From Eledone cirrhosa (taxonomy: Eukaryota), in NCBI GenBank assembly GCA_964016885.1, contig OZ024740.1, positions 33,480,001-33,544,000 on the forward strand: DNA of 64,000 bases, read 5' to 3'. Position numbers and translations under genes: made by a program. The notes beneath the pieces were generated by a model, which saw nothing but the letters and a program-made list of their open reading frames with translations, had not been told where the DNA came from and searched no databases. Shown one piece after another: positions 25,622 through 37,997 of this stretch; position 1 is the stretch's first letter; each line of letters begins with the position of its first letter.

Positions 25622-25798
25622 AAATTTGGCAAAGAGAAATATCTATATGCAGCTCAGAAATGTGCTGAAGTGATTTGGCAAAGAGGTTTACTTTGGAAAG
25701 GTTATGGCATCTGTCATGGTACTGCAGGCAATGCTTATGCCTTTTTAACTATGTACAATCTCACAAGAAAGCAACAGTATCTTTATCAAGCTTGCAAG
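25622..25798 (+). CDS. LANCL: LanC-like protein exon 7
   Basis: ttgtag acceptor; KFGKEKYL...IWQRGLLWKGYGICHGTAGNAYAFL...YLYQACK (CHG zinc ligands); gtaaat donor. Confidence 0.95.
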
Positions 25799-26059
25799 GT
25801 AAATATTACAATCTTTTCATAGCAAAAATATAATTTTTTTAAATTATTGAAAAACTTTATTACTGTCCTTCTCCTCTAAGCATTCTCTTGAAACATCTTA
25901 TCATTATTTAACATCGATTTCTCCATGCTTGTATGGGTTAGATGGGTTGTCATGTTAACAGACAAATCAGCTCTGGAGACCATGTCTTGCTCATATGCTG
26001 GATCCCCTTCCTAACGCCAATTTTATGTAGCTCCTTTATCAGTTATAAACTAACAGCAA

Positions 26060-26431
26060 AGGCTGGAGAGAAATGAAGCAAGCATGTTCCAATGGATGTG
26101 CAATGTCAATGTGCGTGAACGACTAAGCATGGATGAGTTGAGAGTGAAACTGTGTATAAGAGGAATAAACTGTAGTGAGCAGGAGAGAAGACTGTGTTGG
26201 TATGGCCATGTGATGCACATGGAAGATGACCACTGGGGGAAGAAGTGCCAAGAAATCCTGGAGGAAGACCATGAAAAACATGGGTGGAGGTGGTGAGAGC
26301 TGACCTCAGATTGCTGAAGCTCACGGAGGAGATGATGAAGGACCTTGATGAATGGAGAGATGCTGTGCTGAAGAGGACCCGTCCCATCCTTGCAATCAGG
26401 GAAAAGCAGGCATAAAATGATGATGATGATA
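26060..26431 (+). mobile_element. RTE LINE family B 3' fragment
   Basis: ERRLCWYGHVM; CCTTGCAATCAGGG tail and (GAT)n; similar fragments 33440-33692 (+) and 58034-58430 (-). Confidence 0.8.
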
Positions 26432-27155
26432 ACATTTGAAGTTATTCTGAAATATATGCAAGAAAAGTAAGAGAAAAAAACACTTGGAAATAACTTTGTT
26501 TAATTTGTTGGATCTCAGTGGTGTATATTTTGAGTAAGCAGTGGGTACATAATATGTTGTGGGCACTCAGTGGTGTATATTTTGAATAAGCAGTTGGTAC
26601 ACAATATGTTGTGGGATCTCTGGCAGAGAGACAGACAACCAGGGTTTTAGATGTGATAAACACTAGAGTTTGCTATAAGAATATCTATGAAATAAAATTT
26701 CTAGACTGTTCAACTGATTCACGGAATGTCGCAGATGTGGTGAGTTTGGGAAGAAATGCGGCTACAATGAAAAGTTAAACTGAAGTGAAATGAGAAAATG
26801 GCTGGCCATTAAAAAGATGAGCTGATGTGTTCAGGAGATACGACAATGATCGTATAGATGTGATGTGAATGGACAACAAGTTCTGTGTGAATGAGTGACA
26901 TATACCAACTCTAGATGGCATCCATGAAAGAAAAAGACAATTTTTACTTTGTATATCATTATCATCATCATCACCATTTAACGTCTGTTTTCCATGCTTA
27001 TATGGGTTGGGCGGCTGTCGCATGCTGAGGCTAGACTGGTCAGGTAACTATATCCTACTAGTATGTTTTGTCTTTGCTTGGTTTCTAAGGCTGATGGCCT
27101 TCCTAACATGTATAAGGATACATATTTATTATTGTATTTGTTTCTTGTTGTTTAG

Positions 27156-27228
27156 TTTGCAGAATGGTGTTTTGATTATGGTAAACATGGTTGCCGTATA
27201 GCTGACCGTCCCTTCTCCTTATTTGAAG
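27156..27228 (+). CDS. LANCL: LanC-like protein exon 8
   Basis: ttttag-type acceptor; FAEWCFDYGKHGCRIADRPFSLFEG; gtaatt donor, phase 1. Confidence 0.95.
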
Positions 27229-27341
27229 GTAATTCTCTAATACAACATACATCTTAAATAGATTGGTAGCATCTTTAGTGTCTTTTATCTTTGCTTGGTT
27301 AAAATAAAGTACCAGTTAAATACTGGGGTTGATTTAATTGA

Positions 27342-28171
27342 CTAACACCTTCCCTATAATTTCTGGCCTTGTGCCTATATTGACAATAATACCTTACCTA
27401 TAATTTCTGGCCTTGTGCCTATATTGATACTAACACCTTCCCTATAATTTCTGGCCTTGTGCCTATATTGATACTAACACCTTCCCTATAATTTCTGGCC
27501 TTGTGCCTATATTGATACTAACATCTTCCCTATAATTTCTGGCCTTGTGCCTATATTGATACTAACACCTTCCCTATAATTTCTGGCCTTGTGCCTATAT
27601 TGATACTAACACCTTCCCTATAATTTCTGGCCTTGTGCCTATATTGATACTAACACCTTCCCTATAATTTCTGGCCTTGTGCCTATATTGATACTAACAC
27701 CTTCCCTATAATTTCTGGCCTTGTGCCTATATTGATACTAACATCTTCCCTATAATTTCTGGCCTTGTGCCTATATTGATACTAACACCTTCCCTATAAT
27801 TTCTGGCCTTGTGCCTATATTGATACTAACACCTTCCCTATAATTTCTGGCCTTGTGCCTATATTGATACTAACACCTTCCCTATAATTTCTGGCCTTGT
27901 GCCTATATTGATACTAACACCTTCCCTATAATTTCTGGCCTTGTGCCTATATTGATACTAACACCTTCCCTATAATTTCTGGCCTTGTGCCTATATTGTT
28001 ACTAACACCTTCCCTATAATTTCTGGCCTTGTGCCTATATTGTTACTAACACCTTCCCTATAATTTCTGGTCTTGTGCCTATATTGTTACTAACACCTTC
28101 CCTATAATTTCTGGTCTTGTGCCTATATTGATACTAACATCTTCCCTATAATTTCTGGCCTTGTGCCTATA
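27342..28171. repeat. 44-bp minisatellite, about 19 copies
   Basis: TAACACCTTCCCTATAATTTCTGGCCTTGTGCCTATATTGATAC head-to-tail, no spacers. Confidence 0.97.
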
Positions 28172-28205
28172 TTAGAAGTGTCTAATATATATATATATAT
28201 ATAAG

Positions 28206-28590
28206 GAGGAACATAGCTTAGTGGTTAGAGCATTGGCCTTGCAATCGAAAGGTTGTGAGTTCAATTCCCAGACCGGGTGATGTGTTGTTTCCTTGAGCAA
28301 GACACTTTATTTCACATTGCTCCAGTTTACTCAGCTGTAGAAATGAGATGATAGGACTGGTGTCCCTAAGATTCCACTGCAAAGTGGTCGTGGAGGTGCC
28401 ACGGCAAAAAAGCACCCAGCACTCACTGCAAAGTGGACGTGTAGGCGCCATGGAAAAAAAGCACCCAGCATTCACTGTAAATGAGGTTGGTGTTAGCAAG
28501 GGCATCCAGCTGTAGAAATCAAGCCAGAATCAGTTCCTGTCTCACCCTTGCAAGCAGGGAAAAGCGGACGTAAAATGATGAATGATGATG
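28206..28590 (+). mobile_element. CORE-type tRNA SINE (family A)
   Basis: Near-identical to 11215-11553 with one extra internal 44-45-bp module. Confidence 0.85.
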
Positions 28591-28632
28591 AAGGCAAATT
28601 TGTTTTGAAACAGCGAGGGAAGTTTGAAATTT

Positions 28633-28800
28633 AGTAGAAATAGAAGCTTTTACCGTATTTTTGACTAAATAAATTTTAGCCTGATAGTGGGGTTTAAAAC
28701 CCTCTAAATATGGAAAGGGATGAGTAACTCATCCTTTTCCATTTTTAGAGGGTTTTAAATTTCTTTAGTCAAAAATACGGCAAAAGCTTCTATTTCTACT
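28633..28800. repeat. About 170-bp imperfect palindrome
   Basis: AGTAGAAATAGAAGCTTTT...AAAAGCTTCTATTTCTACT with centre GGATGAGTAACTCATCC. Confidence 0.9.
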
Positions 28801-28958
28801 ACACACATATATATCTATTTCTAAGTTATATCTGAGAAACGTAAGTAGCAACATATTTAATAATTGTATTTACTTTATGTTAAGTTTCTATACGTTTTAT
28901 TTTATTCCATGCATTTCCATAGAAGTTTCAAGTGATTTACATTTATAATTTCTTTCAG

Positions 28959-29035
28959 GGATGGCAGGAACTATTTACTTTCTAGTTGATATGATGGACC
29001 CTGTCAATGCAAGATTCCCAGCTTTTGAATTATAA
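28959..29035 (+). CDS. LANCL: LanC-like protein exon 9 (last)
   Basis: tttcag acceptor; GMAGTIYFLVDMMDPVNARFPAFEL-stop, matching the LANCL C-terminus; the nine exons sum to 1203 nt = 400 aa + stop. Confidence 0.95.
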
Positions 29036-30061
29036 TCTACATTTGTTCTCAACAATCTTGCCAATGTACAGTAATTTCTTTTTCGTTTTTGTATTAACTT
29101 TCTTGTTAGTAATATTTCTTTAAAATGTCTACTGATCTAATTTGCTAATGTATTCCAGTTAACTTTCTATCCAGCTGAAAAACCATGGGGAGGTCTGATA
29201 GAAGCCATGCCAGTACCTCCACACACACACATTAATTCTAGAGCCATGTATATATATACAACATGGTGAACTTGAAAAAATAGTTTTCTTCTTTTTCTAG
29301 TCTTTACATAAGCATTCTTTGATGAGTAATTGTACATTTTTCAATTGATATCTAGACTTCAAGATATCTGTATGAGCAGAGTCACATCGGAAGCTCTCAA
29401 CTTATAATGTAAAAACATTTTTTTAAGTATGTACATACATAGTTGCCCTATGTACTGTACATGCACTTTTTGATGAGTTGTGGTGCACCTGGGCACTGTA
29501 CACAATATTTCATTATTATTATTATTAGTATTATATCAGGACTCATACACTGTTCATTTTACTGACATTTGTACATTATTCTATGTACTACACATGCACC
29601 TTTGATGAGTTGTAGTGCACTTGAGCACTGTACACAATAATTTCATTATTATTATTATAGTATATAGTATAATGCATACATATATAATATATAATGTGTA
29701 TATATACTAGATATATAATATATAGTATAATGTGTATATATATATATATAATATACAGTATAATGCTTTAAAACAACAAAGAATTTCTGGAAACTAAACG
29801 TTTTGACATTAAATATGAAAAATCTAGAAATTAGAATGTATTAATTGCATATTAATTGTTAAAGGTTCCTAAATATAACATATAAAAATGTTTGTTTTTA
29901 AGAAAGTTAATTTTTATTATTATTGTTTACTTTTCTCCAGAGAAAAGCTGACAATATTCACAAAATCTTTGAATTGTATCAATTGTTTTCTTTTTTTGTT
30001 TTAAACACCTAAACTTTAGTTCAGTATTTATTTTTTATTATAATTTTTTAAATACCTTTTT

Positions 30062-30067
30062 AATAAA
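30062..30067 (+). promoter_or_regulatory. Candidate polyadenylation signal of the LANCL gene
   Basis: AATAAA about 1 kb after the stop, followed by a T-rich tract. Confidence 0.4.
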
Positions 30068-30612
30068 ATTGTATCAGAAACCAATTGAGAATTTATTTTT
30101 ATTTTTATTTTTTTATTTTTATTTTTATTTTTATTTTTATTTTTATTTTTATTAACGTCCCACACTGTAAATGTAGTTGATGTTAAGGGCATCCAGCTGT
30201 AAAATACTCAGCCAAATTTATTGTCTTCGCTGGAGCAAGATGCAGCATGGCCAACTAAGACCAGACTTGGCTCCCAGCATGGACAACCCATGCAAACATG
30301 GAAGAACTGACGCTAAACAGAAATGATGATGATTGGCGACATGACAAAAAGCACCCAATCTACCCTGTAAAGTGGTTGTGTTGGTGACATGAGGAAAAAT
30401 TACCCAGTCTGACCTGTCGGTTGTTTTGGTGCCACAATAAAAAGCACCCAGTCCACGCTGTAAATGTGGTCGGCATAAGGAAGGGCATTCAACTGTAGAA
30501 ACCTAGCCAGAAACAGTTCTTTATGAGCAAGTCAGTCACCTGATCTGACTTGTCTCACAATGGGACAACTCATCTAACATGCTAGCATGGAAAATGCACT
30601 TTATACAGCTGT

Positions 30613-31877
30613 CATCATCATCATCATCATCATCGTTTAACGTCTATCTTCCACACTAACATGGGTTTAGACAGGAATTGTCCCACGTGAGGCAAGATTG
30701 GTTGTCTTCCTTGTATAGGACTGTCTGGTGGGTTTTCTATGGCTGGATGCCCTTCCTAACACCAACCACGTTTACAGTGTGGACTCGGAGGTTTTAACTG
30801 TGTTACCTACACGGCCACATTACAGCGTGGACTGTTTTTTTTTGTTGTGACACCTACACGACCTCATTTATTTAGGACTGGATGTTGTGGCACCAACATA
30901 ACTTTACAGAGAAAGGGGTAGTGGGATGAGGGTGTATTTTTGGTTAGGAGGTGCCTACTGACTAGGTATCGCTTTGTACTTAGGCAAGGCAGGTCTTCTG
31001 TATTACTGTGTAGCACCAAAGATCTTGGTCCAGTGACATTGTCTTGGAGAGGTGTAAGTGTGTAAGGTCGGAATTTATCAAATTGTCCCAGGTTTCTCTG
31101 GGTCTGCCTACTCCGTAGCTTCCATCTATTTTGATCGCCCTGCACTTTTTTATACAGCTGTCGTCTTTCATGCACATCACATGACCATACCAATGTAGTC
31201 TTCTCTCGAGTAAGCAGCATCTGATCCCTCCTATTCTTAATTTCTCACTTAGTTCATTTATTCTTTGCCGTTCACCTATATTACACATCCAATGGAGCAT
31301 GCAAGCTTTGTTTCTCTCCAGTCTGCACACAATGCCCATGTCTCACTGCTATGTAACATTGCTGTTCGTATGCAGGCATCATACAGCCTGCCTTTCATTT
31401 TTAGAGAGAACCCTTTAGCAGCTAATAGTGTTATAAGCTCTCGGAACTTTTTCCATCCAGTTCTGACTCTCACTGCCATGTAACATTGCTGTTCGTATGC
31501 AGGCATCATACAGCCTGCCTTTCATTTTTAGAGAGAACCCTTTAGCAGCTAATAGTGGTATAAGCTCTCGGAACTTTTTCCATCCAGTTCTGACTCTAGC
31601 TACTGTAATTTCAGAGCACCCTCCACCACTGCTGATTTTGTTACCCAGGTAACGGAAGGTGTCCACTATTTCTATAGAACCATCTGGGCAATGGAAGGAG
31701 CTAGTATCTTGTGGGCACTTTTACTACTTATTGCACCTGAGCACCGGCCACATATAAAATCTATGTTCTTAGTTAGTTTACCTGTGATACCACTACATCT
31801 TTTATGCACCCATACTTTGCATTTGGGACATAGGATGGGGTTTCTGCCTACTCCTTTTCTACACACTGAGCATGGCC
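30613..31877 (-). mobile_element. RTE LINE family A 3' fragment with internal tandem duplication
   Basis: About 127-nt segment repeated (31342-31470 and 31469-31597). Confidence 0.88.
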
Positions 31878-31974
31878 CTTCTATATATAACACATGTTCA
31901 TATCAATGCAGTCTTCTCTCTTGTACACTACATCCAATTCCTCTTATGCCAAGTTTTTCTCTCAGCTCACTTAT

Positions 31975-32165
31975 TCTACATCCAGAAAGTGATCGGTAGT
32001 TGCGACAGATGTCAGTCTATCGATTCCACCCTGGGCGTGCACAAGACAGGTAACATCCCAGTGGAGCACAATTGGAAGTGATTGGCAGTGGATGTGAGCA
32101 CTACCGACAGGAGACATATCTCTCAATGGTCGATTACGGACCAGGGCAGATGGCAATTTAGAAAG
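31975..32165 (+). mobile_element. Gypsy-type integrase remnant
   Basis: IQKVIGSCDRCQSID...W-stop-LAVDV / YLSMVDYGPG resembles HHCC end plus start of the rve core. Confidence 0.55.
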
Positions 32166-32985
32166 AGAGAGAGAAACCACCCAAATGTTAAACGGGTAGC
32201 ACCATTCACCGCACCCAAAGCAGATGACAGGCTTATTCAGAGCTGGTGATGATCGACAGTTTTCTTTAGCCCGTGAGTTGTATTTCTTGAGAATGCAGCC
32301 CAAAGTAGTAGGTAAGCTCAATCCAAGGCGAAAAGAACTTTGTGGAGATCGCAAGTGGATGACAGACTTTGACATGAAGTGAGATGATGGGGTAATTGAT
32401 CCTTGAGATCACGGCAGGGATCTAAGGAGCCAGAAATACTGGAGCAGTCATGCTGGAAGCAAGGGGCCAGTGACATCACATCAGAAGTGTAGGCTGCCTC
32501 CCTTTCTTGGTCCATGAGCAGCATTGAGTGTTGATGTCTTTGTAATGGTTGGTATGAGATTTGCTATGTTCTCTGGCCAGATGCGAAACAGGTGAACATC
32601 ACGCAAGGAGATTCAGTCTAGATACATGTGGAGACACAAAAGTAGGTCCCTTCGCTTCTTATGACAGAATGTGTGTGTGTTGTCATGGTGACTATGTAGT
32701 CCTGCATGTGTGTGTAGTTATCATGACAGAATGTCTGATGTCTTATCAGTGGTGCTGATATATGTGGGTATGGATGTGATGCATCATATGAGTGGGTCAC
32801 CCCTGTGTGTATGTATCTGTATGTTTGCATGCACTGCCAATGGGAGTGTTTGTATATATGGGTGTGCAGGTGTATACACAAACACACACACACGTCAACA
32901 TGAATGGACCTGTTATTTTTATCTAAAGACATTTTTTCCAATTCCATCCCACCCATCCCCTCAATCTATTTTATTTCTCATTCTT

Positions 32986-33021
32986 TCTTCTGATGAAGGA
33001 CTAGTGTCCGAAACGTTAAGA
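32986..33021 (+). ncRNA. Minimal type I hammerhead ribozyme motif
   Basis: UCUU-CUGAUGA-A-GGAC-UAGU-GUCC-GAA-ACGU-U-AAGA; palindromic ACGU stem III. Confidence 0.65.
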
Positions 33022-33186
33022 CCCTCTTCCTGCTATATCAAGCGTTAACCTAATATATCCCTTCCATATACTGTACCGGTTGTGTTGTTATTTCTGTTTA
33101 CCTTTTATATATATATATATATTAAGGGATTACAAATATGCTGCTCTACATTATTTATTAAGTGTATAATATCGATGGTCCCATAT

Positions 33187-33382
33187 AGGGTGGTCGATTG
33201 GCAGTATCAGTAGAGGGTCGGATGCCATGCTTTCCAACATAGAGTTACGTCCCTTTATGGTCTGAGTTCAAATCTCGCCAGGGTTAACTTTGCCTTTCAT
33301 CCTTACTGGGTCAATAAAATAAAGTACCAGTAATGCACTGGGATAATTGCTGGCCTTGTGCCAAAAGCAGAACCAATTATTT
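33187..33382 (+). mobile_element. tRNA-derived SINE family B
   Basis: Same head and body as other copies. Confidence 0.8.
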
Positions 33383-33809
33383 ATTAAGAGTTAAAGATAG
33401 ATTTATACTTCACTTAAATAATACATAGAAGCTGTGTTTAAGAAGGATAAGTTGTAGTGTGCGGGAGAGAGGAATGCAATGGTATGGACATGTGACGCGC
33501 ATGGAGGATGACCACTGGGTAAAAAAATACCAGTAGAAGGAAGACCACGAAAAACATGGGTGGAGGTGGTGAGAGCAGACCTCAGATTGATGAAGCTCAC
33601 GGAGGAGATGACAAGTGGAGAGATGCTGTGCTGAATAGAACCCATCCCACCCTTGCAAGCAGGGAAAAGCTGGCATAAAATGATGATGATGAAGAACAAA
33701 GACAAAAAGTACCAGAAAAATGTTTATTATTCACTAATTTCTACAATTCTGTGTATTTATAATTCACCCAAGAGTTCAACTTCCAAACTATTATTGTTCA
33801 CCGGAGGAA

Positions 33810-34203
33810 TCAACTTCCAAACTATTATTGTTCATAGGAAAGCTCAACATACAAAGTATTATAGTTCAGAGGAAAGCTCAACATACAAAGTATTATAGTT
33901 CAGAGGAAAGCTCAACATACAAAGTATTATAGTTCATAGGAAAGCACAACATACAAACTATTATTGTTCATAGGAAAGCTCAACATACAAAGTATTATAG
34001 TTCAGAGGAAAGCTCAACATACAAAGTATTATAGTTCATAGGAAAGCACAACATACAAACTATTATTGTTCATAGGAAAGCTCAACATACAAAGTATTAT
34101 AGTTCAGAGGAAAGCTCAACATACAAAGTATTATAGTTCATAGGAAAGCACAACATACAAACTATTATAGTTCACCAGAGGGATCAACATACACAGTATT
34201 ATA
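33810..34203. repeat. 34-bp minisatellite
   Basis: AAAGCTCAACATACAAAGTATTATAGTTCAGAGG and variants, about 11 units. Confidence 0.93.
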
Positions 34204-34713
34204 GAAGAATACATCCCTAAAAATTATCTATATACCTTTTTATTCCATTTTACAACTTGATATACATTCAACACAATAACACTAAACCCAGTCTAGTGTG
34301 TATATGACACTAAACCCAGTCTAGTGTATATATAACACTAAATCCCAGTCTAGTGTGTGTATATAAGACAAAGTCTAAATATAACATAATTAGTCACCTA
34401 AAGATAGGGAGCAGAGTATCAATTCACATAAACTCAGCTTTGAATAAATATTATTCCACTCTACGAGGATTGAGTACTTTCTGTTGCTTTATTGAATTTC
34501 ACATCAGTGTAATACTACCATCCATTATTTATATGTACATATATGTGATACTATTAAATTATACATGGTCTGGGCCAATGCGAGCCAAAACCTATTAAAA
34601 TTATCAAAGTTATTTAAACATATACATTCATACATATATATATATATAAGGATTCTCTACCACCCCTAATATTAGTTCTCATTTAGCTAGCACTAATAAT
34701 AGGAAAATTAGGG

Positions 34714-35295
34714 ATGGATTCTCCTCTACATACTACTAGTCTGAACGGATCTGACAATGCTTTACCACCAGAACAGTCCTTATCTAATAGAAATCCTACG
34801 TGTAATACATCACCACTCGAGCCAACCAATAACACCCGGAAGTGCAATTGTAGAGTGAGTGCTAACTGCCCTTTAAACGGTAACTGCCTTTCTAAGAACA
34901 TTGTCTACACTTGCGAAGTTATAACTAATTCCTCTAATAGAACTTATATAGGATCTACTTCAAACACTTTTAAGACTAGGTTTAACTCTCATATCTCTAA
35001 CTTCAAACATGTTAGGTTTAAGAATTCTACTTCTTTAGCGCATTATATCTGGGATCTTAAGGGAGCTTATATACCATATAGCCTTAACTGGCGTTTAGTA
35101 GCACGCTGTAACCACCTTCCTACTCATACTAAGTTTTGTAATCTCTGTATCCTTGAGACACACTCTATAATTTTCTCTAACGTATCCTTACTTAATAGAA
35201 AGTCTGAGATATTCTCTTCTTGCCCCCACGCCATTTCTAATTCTTACTTTTATTATAAACCCAAACGTTCTAGTAGTACAAATTGTACCCATTAG
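34714..35295 (+). pseudogene. GIY-YIG endonuclease domain of a Penelope-like element
   Basis: CNCRVSANCPLNGNC, IVY-x12-YIG, FKTRFNSH, YIWDLK, CNLC..E, LLNRKSE, CPH; open 193 codons, no RT upstream. Confidence 0.85.
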
Positions 35296-37202
35296 CAGAT
35301 ATATTCCATTACTTATTTTTTAGTTTAGGTTCATTTGTTTGCCAACATTATTGTTATCATCATTATTACCATTGGTTTTTGATGACTTTTCATTCTAGCT
35401 CTCATAATCATTTGGCTACTGTACCATATCTATGTTTTCACTATTACACCTTGTTAATAATATATATAAGATTACACACTTTACGCCATTTACTTTATTT
35501 TATTATTATCTTTATTTTTATTTTTATTATTAATTTTATTTTTAATTTTATTTTTAATTTTAATTTTATTCAGATTCATCTTTGGATAACCCCCCCCCCC
35601 CCCATGCGCACATAAACTTATTGTCAACCCCTCCAGATTGACTATGATTATATTTAACCCCCCCATCCCTCTTTTACGCTCTGTTCTATTATTTATTATA
35701 GTATATCGACTATATTTTATGCCCCTTTGCACCCTCCATATATTTCTTCAATTCTGTCCCCATTAGCCTACCTTAATTCTACTTAAGTCAGTTTTTTAGA
35801 TATCGTTATGTATATGATAGTAAAAAATTTCATTCCTTTTTGTAAACATTTGTAACGAAACATTAAAGTTTATAAACTTTAATGACTTAAACTACAGCTA
35901 ATATTATACTACCTTATTGGATAGTTTTAATATTTTTAATATTAATTTATCAAATAGGGTTTTGAGTCAATTAAAGTGATTGTTTTCCTTAGTTTTTACC
36001 TTATTGTTATCATCATTTGAGACCTAAATGTGTATATATTTGTATTTGTTTTTGTTTTGTAATTTCCGGATGATTATATTTATTTATTTTATTCTATATT
36101 TTTAAACTCTATTTACTATTCACTGTCTGGCTTTACTTACACATCCACATATGTCTGTCTACTAACCTTGTAATTATAAGTATTTATATATTATTTTATA
36201 TATTATTTTATGTCAATTTATTTTATATAATATATTATATTATATTGTATTGTAATATTGATCCTTATTACTTACTGTTCATTATATGTAACATTATGAT
36301 ATTTAAACTTTATATATCATGTAAGATGTCTGTATTTTTGTAATATTGTAATATTGATCCTTATTACTTACTGTTCATTATATGTAACATTATGATATTT
36401 AGACTTTACATATCATGTAAAATGTCTGTATATTTTTTTCTGTACCATCATAATTTTTTCTGTACCATCATAGTGTTTTTTGAGTATTGTATAATTTATT
36501 TTTCCTCATTTACTCTGTAACCCAGTATGAATCGATTTGTATATATTGTTTATTGTATATGTTAGTACATTGTTAACATATTATCATTATATTATTATTG
36601 TGACATCTATATTGTTTGTGTAAATTAACCGGGGATTATCTATTATATTATATTGAATTATATAATTTTATTGTTTATTATTTATTATATGTGTCTCTTG
36701 TAATTATATCATATTATTGGCTCATGTATATTGGGTAGATGTATTGGTATTATTTTCACTCTTATCATGCTTATTTTTATATTCAAACTTCTAATAAGGC
36801 TTAATTGGTGTAGTTGAACATAGATGTGCGTATTGTTGTATGTGTGTGTGTGTGTGTGCGCACATATATACATGTATATATTGTACCTTTTGATTTTTAA
36901 TTGTAATTTTAATGTTGGTAAAGGTATATTATTATAATGTATTATGTTATATTACATTGTGTTATATATAATTCCTGCTCTATATAACCACATTTGTTTA
37001 GCTTTAGGTTAGTTGCTTTGGACTATATTTGTAATATGGTTCTTAATGTTATATACATCCTTAGTTATTCTTATTATATATTTTTATTATTTTTATTTTT
37101 ATTTTTATTATATATTTTTGCAAGACTTTAGTGTATGTACACTCTATATTCTTCGGAGCTTCCGGCTTGTATCTGCCGATATTACTTCTTGTTGTTTTGA
37201 TT

Positions 37203-37240
37203 GCCCTGATGAGTCCTTAATAGGACGAAACATTGTCGGC
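37203..37240 (+). ncRNA. Minimal type I hammerhead ribozyme
   Basis: GCC-CUGAUGA-GUCCU-UAAU-AGGAC-GAAA-C-AUU-G-UC-GGC; intact core, predicted cleavage after 37237. Confidence 0.85.
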
Positions 37241-37285
37241 TAATAAAAACTTTTGATGTATTAAAGGATTCTTTGTTTTACTCTC

Positions 37286-37288
<3 letters not shown>

Positions 37289-37376
<88 letters not shown>
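37289..37376. repeat. (TA)n microsatellite
   Basis: Direct reading; other long runs at 37814-37920 and 44054-44250. Confidence 0.97.
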
Positions 37377-37379
<3 letters not shown>

Positions 37380-37812
37380 CGAAGCTGTCAACTTTTTTTC
37401 CACCCAGGGGCTTTTATGCCTAATTTGTTAGACTATTTTTCATAGTCAAAAAGATACATTGAAGCTTCTAAATTTTCAATGAATACATATCTGATCAACG
37501 TTTCTAAAAATAGATCATATACATACATATATATATAAGGCATTAGAATGTTGGATAGAATGCTTAGTAGTATTTGTTTCAAGGTCGATAAAAAAAGTAC
37601 CAGTTTAGTACTGGGTCGATTCTTCCTCTCTTTCACTATCTATCCGTCTCTGGAAGAAATTTTCTGTATTCAGATCTGGAGAGGGATGGGCTCCACCAGA
37701 TTTTAAAATGCCCTAGAAATGCTGTATGTCAATATAGCGCCTCTATGACTCCTTTAGGAGTTACGGGACCATGCCACACCATATATATAGATAGATAAAC
37801 ATATATATACAT

Positions 37813-37911
<99 letters not shown>

Positions 37912-37997
37912 TATATACATAAATACATTTTGTCTAGGTAATATTAACTTCTGTCTACGCTCTGGTCAGTTCTTTTCATCGAGAGATTACCAGACAA

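Larger units (their letters stand above)
34649..37289 (+). mobile_element. 5'-truncated Penelope-like element between (TA)n runs
   Basis: GIY-YIG ORF at 5' side, hammerhead plus AATAAA at 3' side, (TA)n on both flanks. Confidence 0.7.

Noticed and set aside
27342-28171. CRISPR-like array
   Set aside because: Units are head-to-tail with no unique spacers, no cas genes, eukaryotic context
1680-29035. Lanthipeptide biosynthetic cluster or horizontal transfer
   Set aside because: Intron-rich gene matching the standard animal LANCL family; no dehydratase or precursor peptide nearby
34714-35295. Free-standing homing endonuclease or host gene
   Set aside because: No intron context, Cys pattern and upstream linker-like peptide fit a truncated Penelope-like ORF
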